Part shown: one piece after another, positions 44,894-52,379 of the stretch
Layout: every line of letters starts with the position of its first letter
How positions within the stretch are numbered: position 1 is the stretch's first letter
From: Gaiellaceae bacterium
Lineage (GTDB): Bacteria; Actinomycetota; Thermoleophilia; Gaiellales; Gaiellaceae
Reading direction: 5' to 3'
NCBI GenBank assembly: GCA_039583515.1
Contig: JAVKST010000001.1
Span: forward strand, 1 to 55,228
DNA length: 55,228 nt
The notes under the pieces: model-generated
Told to the model about the DNA's origin: nothing
What the model saw: only the letters and a program-made list of their open reading frames with translations
Databases searched by the model: none
Made by a program: the position numbers and the translations under genes

Positions 44894-45301
44894 GTGGGAG
44901 CCAGTCCTGCGCGGCTCGTGATCGCGCTGTCGGTGGCGGCGGCGCTGGCGGTCTTCGTCGTCTACACCGCGCTCGCCGGCAACGGCATCGCGCAGCTCAC
45001 GCCGAGCACCGTCGCCGGCCACGCGGGGGACGTGTCGCTCGTCGGCGCCGTCGTCGGCCCGGTCTCGGGCGACGCGTACACGAAGCACGGCTTGCGGTTC
45101 CGGCTGCAGGACATCGGCGCCAAGAGCTCCGAGCGCGTCCTCGTCGACTACACCGGCGGCGTCCCCGACCTGTTCAAGGTCGGGCGGCACGTCGTGATCG
45201 AGGGGACGATGCGCAACGGCGTCTTCGTCGCGAAGCCCGGCTCGCTCGTGACGAAGTGCCCGTCGAAGTACGCGCCGGCCAAGAGCTCCTCGAACGCCTG
45301 A
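44894..45301 (+). CDS. ccmE: cytochrome c maturation heme chaperone CcmE, Cys-type (CxxxY) variant
   Basis: N-terminal anchor LVIALSVAAALAVFVVYTAL. OB-fold core RFRLQD...VLVDYTGGVPDLFKVGRHVVIEGTM. The heme-binding segment reads LVTKCPSKYAP where canonical CcmE has LAKHDENYxP. Confidence 0.8.
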   Translation: MGASPARLVIALSVAAALAVFVVYTALAGNGIAQLTPSTVAGHAGDVSLVGAVVGPVSGDAYTKHGLRFRLQDIGAKSSERVLVDYTGGVPDLFKVGRHVVIEGTMRNGVFVAKPGSLVTKCPSKYAPAKSSSNA

Positions 45302-47256
45302 TGGCTCCGCTCGGGCGCGCCGCGCTCATTCTCGCGTTCGGCCTCGTCGTATACGCTCTCGCCGCCGGCTCGTATGCGGCGTGGAAGCGCCGCCGCCGCC
45401 TCGCGCTCTCGGCGCAGAACGCGCTGCTCGCCGCGTTCCCGGCGACGGTGGTGGCTGCCATCGTCCTGTTCGTCGCGCTTGGGCGCCGCGACATGACGTT
45501 CGCCTACGTCGCGCAGCACACGAGCCACAAGCTCCCGCTCGGTTACGCGCTCTCCGCCTTCTGGGGAGGCCAGGAGGGCTCCCTCCTGCTCTGGCTCCTG
45601 ATCCTCACCGGCTATGCCGCGCTCGCCGTCTGGCTCAACCGGCGCTCCCGCGAGCTGATGGCGTGGGTGGTGCCCGTCTTCGGTCTCGTCGCCTGCTTCT
45701 TCGCCTTCATGCTCTGCTTCGTCTCGAGCCCGTTCAACGTCCAGCCGGCCCCGGCGGACGGCGCCGGGATGGTGCCGAGCCTCCAGAACCCGTACATGCT
45801 CGCGCACCCGCCGATGCTCTATCTCGGCTACGTCGGCCTGACCGTGCCGTTCGCGTTCGCGATGGGCGCGCTCCTCTCCGGCCGCACCGACGAGCGCTGG
45901 ATCGTCGCCACGCGCCGCTGGACGCTCGCCGCGTGGATGTTCCTCGGCGTCGGCCAGCTGATCGGCTCCCACTGGGCGTACGTCGAGATCGGCTGGGGCG
46001 GCTACTACGCGTGGGATCCGGTGGAGAACGCGGCGCTCATGCCGTGGCTCGCGGCGACGGCGTTCCTGCACTCGGTGATGATCCAGGAGAAGCGCGGGAT
46101 GCTGAAGGTCTGGAACATGGTGCTCGTCGCGCTTGCGTTCAACCTCTCGCTCTTCGGCACCTTCATCACGCGCTCGGGCGTCATCGACTCGATCCACTCG
46201 TTCGCGCAGAGCCCGATCGGGGGCTGGTTCCTCGGCTTCCTCGGGCTGATGGTCGGCTTCTCGGTCGCGCTCATCTACCTGCGGCTGCCGCTCCTGCGGA
46301 CGAAGACGCGGCTCGAGTCGCTCGTCTCGCGCGAGGCGACCTTCCTCTACAACAACCTCCTCCTCGTCGCGCTCGCGCTGACGATCCTCTGGGGCGTCCT
46401 CTATCCGATCCTCTCCCAGGCCGTGCGCGGGGAGACGCGCTCGGTCTCGAAGCCCTACTACGACTTCTTCCTCCACACCTTCGGACTGCCGCTCTTGCTC
46501 CTGATGGGGCTCGGGCCGCTCGTCGCCTGGCGGCGCGCCTCGCTGCGTTCGCTCGGGAAGACGTTCCTGATCCCATTCGCAGTCGCGATCGTCACGGGAG
46601 GCGTGCTCCTCGGCCTAGGCTTCGGCAGCTCGAGGCCGGGCCTGCTCGCGTACACGTTCTCGGCGTTCGTCGGCGCCTCGATCGTGCTCGAGTTCGTGCG
46701 CGGACGCGCCGCGGCGGGCGGGATCCTCCGCCTCGTCTCCCGCAACCGCCGCCGCTACGGCGGCTACGTCGTCCATGCGGCGGTCGTCCTCCTCGCGATC
46801 GGGATCGCCGGCTCGAGCGCGTATCAGACGGTGCGCGAACGGGTGCTCCGGCCAGGGCAGTCGATCGAGGCGGCGGGCTACACGGCGACCTATCGGACGT
46901 CGACCGCGGTGAAAGGGCCGAACTACACCGGCGTCCGCGCGCTCGTCACCGTCTCCGGCCACGGTGAGCGGTTCAACCTCAATCCGGGGCTGGACGACTA
47001 CACGATCGAGGGCACCCAGCACGTCGCCTCGATCTACCACGATCCGCGCTCGCTCGGCGACGTGTTCACGCGCGTGGACCTTGCAGGAGGAGACAAGGTC
47101 GACCTGCAGGTATTCGTGAAGCCGCTGATCAACCTCATCTGGGCCGGCGGCTTCGTCTTCGTCTTCGGCGCCCTGATCGCGATGTGGCCGGACGCGGTCG
47201 AGCAGCGCCGGCTCGCCGCGCGCTACGCCGCCGGGGCGGCGCCGGTCGGGATCTAG
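45301..47256 (+). CDS. ccmF: cytochrome c heme lyase subunit CcmF
   Basis: TGATG junction with ccmE. FWGGQEGSLLLW, WWD-type motif WGGYYAWDPVENAALMPW, and about 15 TM helices. 651 aa. Confidence 0.9.
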   Translation: MAPLGRAALILAFGLVVYALAAGSYAAWKRRRRLALSAQNALLAAFPATVVAAIVLFVALGRRDMTFAYVAQHTSHKLPLGYALSAFWGGQEGSLLLWLLILTGYAALAVWLNRRSRELMAWVVPVFGLVACFFAFMLCFVSSPFNVQPAPADGAGMVPSLQNPYMLAHPPMLYLGYVGLTVPFAFAMGALLSGRTDERWIVATRRWTLAAWMFLGVGQLIGSHWAYVEIGWGGYYAWDPVENAALMPWLAATAFLHSVMIQEKRGMLKVWNMVLVALAFNLSLFGTFITRSGVIDSIHSFAQSPIGGWFLGFLGLMVGFSVALIYLRLPLLRTKTRLESLVSREATFLYNNLLLVALALTILWGVLYPILSQAVRGETRSVSKPYYDFFLHTFGLPLLLLMGLGPLVAWRRASLRSLGKTFLIPFAVAIVTGGVLLGLGFGSSRPGLLAYTFSAFVGASIVLEFVRGRAAAGGILRLVSRNRRRYGGYVVHAAVVLLAIGIAGSSAYQTVRERVLRPGQSIEAAGYTATYRTSTAVKGPNYTGVRALVTVSGHGERFNLNPGLDDYTIEGTQHVASIYHDPRSLGDVFTRVDLAGGDKVDLQVFVKPLINLIWAGGFVFVFGALIAMWPDAVEQRRLAARYAAGAAPVGI

Positions 47257-47258
47257 CC

Positions 47259-47597
47259 GTGGAGTGGGCGCTCGCGCTGGCGGCGGTGCTCGCCGTCGTG
47301 GCGGTCGTCTTCGTAGCGCGGCCGTTCCTGCTCGACCCGGCGCCGATGAGCGACCGGCTGGACGAGCTCGATCCCGCCGCCCGGCGGCACCTGCAGCTGG
47401 CGGAGGAGCGGGATCGCGCGCTCGCCGCGCTGAAGGAGCTCGAGTTCGACCACCGCACCGGCAAGGTGTCGGACGAGGACTACCGCGCGCAGGTCGGGCC
47501 GCTGCGGCGGCGTGCGGCCGAGGCGTTACGAGCCCTCGACCGGAGGGAACCATCCCAGCGTGAGCGCGTCGCCGCTGCCCGGGACCTTCTGCCCTAG
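47259..47597 (+). CDS. single-TM protein with a CcmI N-terminal-like motif
   Basis: GTG 47259, 3 nt after the ccmF stop. TM helix WALALAAVLAVVAVVFVA, then LAALKELEFDHRTGKVSDEDYRAQ, which resembles the CcmI/CycH N-terminal module. Contains no Cys. Confidence 0.45.
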   Translation: MEWALALAAVLAVVAVVFVARPFLLDPAPMSDRLDELDPAARRHLQLAEERDRALAALKELEFDHRTGKVSDEDYRAQVGPLRRRAAEALRALDRREPSQRERVAAARDLLP

Positions 47598-48357
47598 CTG
47601 CGGCGAAGAGCTGCCCGTCCGTGCGCGCTTCTGCCCGGCGTGCGGCGCGTCCGCGGGGAGCGCTCCGCTCGAGACGGCGCGCGTGCCGGTCGTCAACGAC
47701 CGGGTCGAGCCGCGCTGGTTCGGCCTGCCGGCGCCCTTCGTCCTGCTCTGCCTCGCTTTCGCAGCCGTCGGCGCGGCGATCGGGCTGTTCGCGACGGGCC
47801 ACTGGGCGTGGGGCGTCGTGGCGATCTTCGTCGCGGTCGTGTTCTTCGCGGCGCTGGCCGAGATGAGGCGAGGCGCCGCGCGCGGCCGGTGGGGCGACCG
47901 GCCGACGCGCCTGGCAGCCGACGGTCGCGCGCAGGCTGCGACGGCGGCCGAGGTGTGGCGGACCCGGCTGGAGACCGCCGTCACGCGCTGGCGCTCGCGC
48001 TCGGAGCTCGACCGGCTCGAGCTCGACCGCAGGCCGGCGCTGCAGGCGCTGGGCGCCGCCGTGTGGAATCGGGACGCCGTCGCCGAGCAGGAGGCTCGTT
48101 CGCGCCTGCGGGAGCTCGAGCGCGAGCGGGAGCGGGTCGAGGCCGAGCTCGCGGCGCGGCTCGCGGGGGCGGAGGAGCGGATTCGCCGTGCTCGCCTGCC
48201 GGTACAGGAGACGCTGATGGTCACACCGAACGAGCCCAATCCTCCCTACCCTCCGCCGGGCGAGGCAGATCCGCCGCAACCTGCTCGGATCCCGGAGCCG
48301 TACCCGCCGCCGGACGAGGGAACGCCGCCGACGCCCGCGCCCGACCCCGACGAATAA
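47560..48357 (+). CDS. zinc-ribbon membrane protein with coiled-coil and Pro-rich tail
   Basis: GTG 47560 follows a GGAGGGA RBS. CPSCGEELPVRARFCPACG zinc ribbon, two TM helices, a coiled-coil (ELERERERVEAELAARL), and a PPYPPPGEADPPQP tail. The ORF-track start at 47512 is an alternative. Confidence 0.6.
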   Translation: MSASPLPGTFCPSCGEELPVRARFCPACGASAGSAPLETARVPVVNDRVEPRWFGLPAPFVLLCLAFAAVGAAIGLFATGHWAWGVVAIFVAVVFFAALAEMRRGAARGRWGDRPTRLAADGRAQAATAAEVWRTRLETAVTRWRSRSELDRLELDRRPALQALGAAVWNRDAVAEQEARSRLRELERERERVEAELAARLAGAEERIRRARLPVQETLMVTPNEPNPPYPPPGEADPPQPARIPEPYPPPDEGTPPTPAPDPDE

Positions 48358-48370
48358 CTCCCGAAAAACG

Positions 48371-48414
48371 GCCGGCCGCCCCGGGGGAGGCGGCCGGCGT
48401 CGTCGGGAGACGAC
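48371..48414. terminator. two consecutive GC-rich hairpins between convergent genes (bidirectional terminator candidate)
   Basis: GCCGGCCGCC-ccggggga-GGCGGCCGGC (10-bp stem, 48371-48398). It is followed at once by GTCGTC-ggga-GACGAC (48399-48414) and then CTTTGT. Confidence 0.55.
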
Positions 48415-48528
48415 CTTTGTGCGGGACCCCTGAGTGCGGTGTCCCCCGAGATCTTCCGCGCGTGGCTCTTTGCGACTTACAACGCATAAACGCCCCTGCG
48501 GCGCGAACGGTTACGGGTCGCCGCGAAG

Positions 48529-49080
48529 TTATTCGCCGGACGCGCGCAGGTCGACGAGCCGCAGGTCCGGCAGCTCCCGGTACCGCTCGTCGAGGTCGAA
48601 GCCGTACCCCACGTAGAGCTCGTCCGGCACCACGAAGCCGACGTAGCGGACGGGCAGGTCGTCGACGAGCCGCCGGTAGGGCCGGTCGAGGAGCGTGACG
48701 GCCGCGACCGACGTAGGGTCGCGCATCTCGAGCGTCCGGACGAGGTAGTTGAGCGTCAGCCCGGTGTCGACAACGTCCTCGACGACCAGCACGTCGCGGC
48801 CCCGCACGTCCAGGTCGAGGTCCTTGAGCACGCGAATCTGCTGGTGGCCGCCCATCCCCGCGCTGCCGTACCCCGCGAGCTCGACGAAGTCGAGTGCGTG
48901 GAGGATCGGCAGCGCCCGCGAGAGGTCGGCGACGAAGACGAGGCTGGCCTTGAGCGACGCGACGAGCACCGGCTCCAGGCCGACGTAGTCGCGGGCGATC
49001 TCCGTCCCCAGCTCCCGAACGCGCGCGGCGAGCTCCGCCGCGGAGAGGTAGATCCCCCCGATGCGCTCGTCCGCCGGCAG
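48529..49080 (-). CDS. hpt: hypoxanthine phosphoribosyltransferase (start codon uncertain)
   Basis: PRPP motif DVLVVEDVVDTGLTL, plus VGYGFDLDERYRELP. The conserved N-terminal helix IYLSAAELAARVRELGTEIARDY lies in frame upstream of the first canonical start (GTG 48969). The 5' end is set provisionally at CTG 49080. Confidence 0.8.
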   Translation of the reverse strand: MPADERIGGIYLSAAELAARVRELGTEIARDYVGLEPVLVASLKASLVFVADLSRALPILHALDFVELAGYGSAGMGGHQQIRVLKDLDLDVRGRDVLVVEDVVDTGLTLNYLVRTLEMRDPTSVAAVTLLDRPYRRLVDDLPVRYVGFVVPDELYVGYGFDLDERYRELPDLRLVDLRASGE

Positions 49081-49084
49081 ACGG

Positions 49085-49453
49085 TCAGCTGGCGAGGTCG
49101 AGGTGGAAATGCTGGGCCAGGCGCTCCAGGTCGCGCCGGTAGAAGAGCTTGATCCGCACGTCGGGATAGCGCTCGCGGAGCTTGCGCAGCTTCCGGTTCT
49201 TCCGGGTGACGAGCGACTGCTTCATGACCGTGATCTCGACGTAGAGGTCCTGCTCGGGGAGGTAGAAGTCGGGCGTAAACGCCTCGCACACGCGCCCGCT
49301 CTCGTCCTGCTCGAGCACGAACGTCCGCGGCTCGTATTCCCATGGGACGCCGTAGTAGTCCAGCACCTTCGCGCACTCGAGCTCCGCGGGGCTGGCGAAG
49401 CGCGGCGGCTCCGACCCGCGATATGCCCGGAACACCGGGAGACCCAGCTCCAT
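49085..49453 (-). CDS. hypothetical protein with a possible PD-(D/E)XK-like nuclease motif
   Basis: 122 aa from ATG 49453 (alternative ATG 49477). FTPDFYLPEQDLYVEITVMK resembles a PD...(D/E)xK core. Basic C-terminus KNRKLRKLRERY. High GC3. Confidence 0.45.
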   Translation of the reverse strand: MELGLPVFRAYRGSEPPRFASPAELECAKVLDYYGVPWEYEPRTFVLEQDESGRVCEAFTPDFYLPEQDLYVEITVMKQSLVTRKNRKLRKLRERYPDVRIKLFYRRDLERLAQHFHLDLAS

Positions 49454-49519
49454 CGCCGGTGACGGTACCGGGCGCATCGGACGCCGAAACGCGGGCTGCG
49501 ATCTTCTAGGGTCCACGGC

Positions 49520-50305
49520 ATGTTCCGGATCGTGCAGCTGTCCGACCTGCACTGCGGGCAGCAGTTCTTCCTGCCGCAGCTGCTCGAGCGCGCGATCGCC
49601 GAGGTGAACGAGCTCTCTCCGGACGTCGTGATCGTCTCGGGCGACCTCACCTCCAACGGCTTCAAGGACGAGTACGTGCTGGCCCGCGACTACCTGAACC
49701 GCGTCGAATGCGACTCGATCGTCGTCATCCCGGGGAACCACGACTCGCGCAACGTCGGCTACGTCCACTTCGAGGAGCTGTTCGGGGCGCGCAACTCGGT
49801 GCTGCGCAGGGACGGCGTCACCATCGTCGCGGTCGACTCGAGCGAGCCCGACCTGGACAACGGCCAGATCGGCCGCGGCCGCTACCGCTGGATCGAGGAG
49901 CAGTTCCAGGAGGAGCGCGCGGACCTTCGCGTCTTCGTGCTCCACCATCACCTGCTGCCGGTGCCCGGGACCGGCCGCGAGCGGAACATCGTCCACGACG
50001 CAGGCGACACGCTCGAGTGCCTGCAGCGGGCGGACGTCGACCTCGTCCTCTCCGGTCACAAGCACGTCCCCTACGCGTGGCGGCTCGAGAACCTCTTCGT
50101 CGTCAACGCCGGCACGGTGTCGTCGTCGCGGCTGCGCGGCAACGGCCGCCCCTGCTACAACGTCGTCGAGGTCGAGGGGACGCACGTCGACGTCTGGCGC
50201 CGGTACCCGTTCCACGGGCAGGAGCGGATCATCCAGTTCTCGACCGACACGAAGACCTACGAGAAGTACACCGCGCGCATCGAGGACGAGGTGCGGCCGG
50301 CGTGA
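49520..50305 (+). CDS. calcineurin-like metallophosphoesterase
   Basis: All five motifs are present: SDLHCG, SGDLT, PGNHDS, LHHHL and SGHKH. 261 aa. First gene of the four-gene overlapping operon. Confidence 0.85.
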   Translation: MFRIVQLSDLHCGQQFFLPQLLERAIAEVNELSPDVVIVSGDLTSNGFKDEYVLARDYLNRVECDSIVVIPGNHDSRNVGYVHFEELFGARNSVLRRDGVTIVAVDSSEPDLDNGQIGRGRYRWIEEQFQEERADLRVFVLHHHLLPVPGTGRERNIVHDAGDTLECLQRADVDLVLSGHKHVPYAWRLENLFVVNAGTVSSSRLRGNGRPCYNVVEVEGTHVDVWRRYPFHGQERIIQFSTDTKTYEKYTARIEDEVRPA

Positions 50306-51477
50306 GAGCCGTCGTGCTCATCGACGGCGAGCACCACCCGCCGGTGGTGCGCGACGCGCTCGCCGCGCTGCCGTACGAGGTCGTCGGGGCGCTGCTCGCC
50401 GGCGGCACGGAGAAGCTCACGGGCGACGCGGACTACGGCGTGCCGCTCGTGGACAGGCTGGACGGAGTCGAGGCGGAGGTCGTCGTCGACCTCTCGGACG
50501 AGCCGGTGCTCGGGCCGCGCGAGCGGTTCCTCTGGGCCTCGCGCGCGCTCGCGCTCGGCCTCCCCTACGTCGGGGCCGACTTCCGCTTCGACCCGCCGCC
50601 GCTCCATCCCGTCGAGGTTCCGTCGCTGGCGGTGATCGGCACCGGCAAGCGAGTCGGCAAGACGGCCGTGGCCGGGCACGTCGCGCGCCTGCTCGCCGAG
50701 GATAGGCGGGTCGTCGTGGTGGCGATGGGCCGCGGCGGCCCTGGCGAGCCGGAGCTCGTGGCGTCGCCGCCGTCACTCGACGACCTGCTCGCGCTCGCGC
50801 GCGCGGGACGCCACGCCGCCTCCGACCATCTCGAGACGGCGGCGCTCGCCGGGGTCCCGACCGTCGGCTGCCGCCGCGCGGGCGGCGGCCTCGCCGGCGC
50901 GACCTTCCACTCCAACGTGCTCGAGGGAGCTGCGGTCGCCGGCGAGCTCGATCCCGAGCTCCTGCTCTTCGACGGCAGCGGCGCGGCCGTGCCTCCCGTC
51001 GCGGCCGATGCGCGGATCCTCGTCACGAACGGCGCGCACGACATCCGCGCCGGCCTCAACGCCTACCGCGTCCTCGTCTCCGACCTCGTCGTCGACACCG
51101 GCGGCGCCGACCGCGACGCCATTGCCGCTGTCGCGGACATCCCGGTCGTGAGCGCCGAGCTGCGGCTGCGCCCGGCAGCGGCCCTGCGCGGCCGCCGCAC
51201 CGCCGTCTTCACGACCGGCCCGGCGCCGACCGGGCATCTCGACGCGGAGGTCGTCCACGTCTCGCGCAACCTCGCCCGGCGCGACGCCGTGCGCGAGGAG
51301 CTCGAGCATGTCGAGGCGGACGTCTATCTCGTGGAGCTCAAGGCGGCCGCGATCGACGTCGTCGCCGAGGCCGCCCTCTCGCGGGGCGCGCAGCTGGTGC
51401 TCGCTGCCAACGACGTCGTCTCCGACGAGCTCGACGACCGGGTGCGCGACCTCGTGGCGGCGAGGAGTCTCCGGTGA
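50302..51477 (+). CDS. cpgS: cyclic 2,3-diphosphoglycerate synthetase-like P-loop protein
   Basis: GTGA overlap with the upstream stop. N-terminal VVLIDGEHHPPVVRDAL and P-loop IGTGKRVGKTAV match my recollection of the archaeal cDPG synthetase family. Its adjacency to 2-PG kinase supports the call. 391 aa. Confidence 0.6.
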   Translation: MRAVVLIDGEHHPPVVRDALAALPYEVVGALLAGGTEKLTGDADYGVPLVDRLDGVEAEVVVDLSDEPVLGPRERFLWASRALALGLPYVGADFRFDPPPLHPVEVPSLAVIGTGKRVGKTAVAGHVARLLAEDRRVVVVAMGRGGPGEPELVASPPSLDDLLALARAGRHAASDHLETAALAGVPTVGCRRAGGGLAGATFHSNVLEGAAVAGELDPELLLFDGSGAAVPPVAADARILVTNGAHDIRAGLNAYRVLVSDLVVDTGGADRDAIAAVADIPVVSAELRLRPAAALRGRRTAVFTTGPAPTGHLDAEVVHVSRNLARRDAVREELEHVEADVYLVELKAAAIDVVAEAALSRGAQLVLAANDVVSDELDDRVRDLVAARSLR

Positions 51478-52379
51478 GCAGCTCGCCGCGCAGGATCATG
51501 CCGCTGCCGCTCGGGGGCGGCGAGCTCGGGCTTCCGTACTCGCGCGGCCTGATGGCGCGGTCGCTGATGGCGGCCGGGGTCCCCGGGCACCGCGCCTACG
51601 CGCTCGCGAGCAGAGTCGGAGACGAGCTGCTCCGGCGCGGCCGCCGCGAGATCGAGCTCGAGCGCCTCGAGACGCTCGCCGTCGAGGTGCTCGGGGAGGA
51701 GCAGGGGAGCGAGACGATCCTCCGCCTGCGGCGCTACCAGCAGCTGCGCGAGCTCGACCTCCCGATCCTCGTGTTCATCGGCGGCGCGACCGGCACGGGC
51801 AAGTCGACCGTCGCGAGCGAGCTCGCATACCGCTTCGGCATCACGCGCGTCACGTCCACCGACTTCATCCGCCAGACGATGCGCGCGCTCTTCTCGGAGA
51901 TGTTCATGCCCTCGATCCACCACTCGAGCTTCGAGGCCGGCGATGCCTTCCCCGACGCCGACGACCCGCTCGAGTTCGGCTTCCTGCAACAGGCGCGGAA
52001 CGTGCTCGTCGGCGTCCGTGCGTCGTCGGAGCGCGCGCTCGAGGAGGACTGGTCGATGGTGCTCGAAGGCGTCCACCTCGTGCCCGGGATGGTCGAGCTG
52101 CCGCCGCCGGAGCTCGCGGCCTCCGCCTTCGTCGTCCTGGCGATCGGGGACGAGGAGGAGCACGCACGCCACTTCCACGCGCGGGACGAGGACTCCGAGC
52201 GGCGCGAGTCCCGCTACCTCGAGCGCTTCGGCGACATCCGCCGCCTGCAGGAGCTGCTCGTCGAGCGTGCGGTGCGGGCGGGGATGCCGGTGATCGAGAA
52301 CGACGACGCCGACGCCGCCGCGCGCACGGTCGCCGACCTCGTGCTCGACGCCGCCGACCGGGTCGGCGAGAACGCATGA
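51474..52379 (+). CDS. 2-phosphoglycerate kinase
   Basis: GTGA overlap. Full-length family pattern: LPYSRGLMARSLMAAGV..AY.LA, P-loop IGGATGTGKSTVASELAYRFGITRVTSTDFIRQTMR, HHSSFEAG, GFLQQARNV, LEGVHLVPG and YLERFGDIRRLQELL. Confidence 0.75.
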   Translation: MSSSPRRIMPLPLGGGELGLPYSRGLMARSLMAAGVPGHRAYALASRVGDELLRRGRREIELERLETLAVEVLGEEQGSETILRLRRYQQLRELDLPILVFIGGATGTGKSTVASELAYRFGITRVTSTDFIRQTMRALFSEMFMPSIHHSSFEAGDAFPDADDPLEFGFLQQARNVLVGVRASSERALEEDWSMVLEGVHLVPGMVELPPPELAASAFVVLAIGDEEEHARHFHARDEDSERRESRYLERFGDIRRLQELLVERAVRAGMPVIENDDADAAARTVADLVLDAADRVGENA

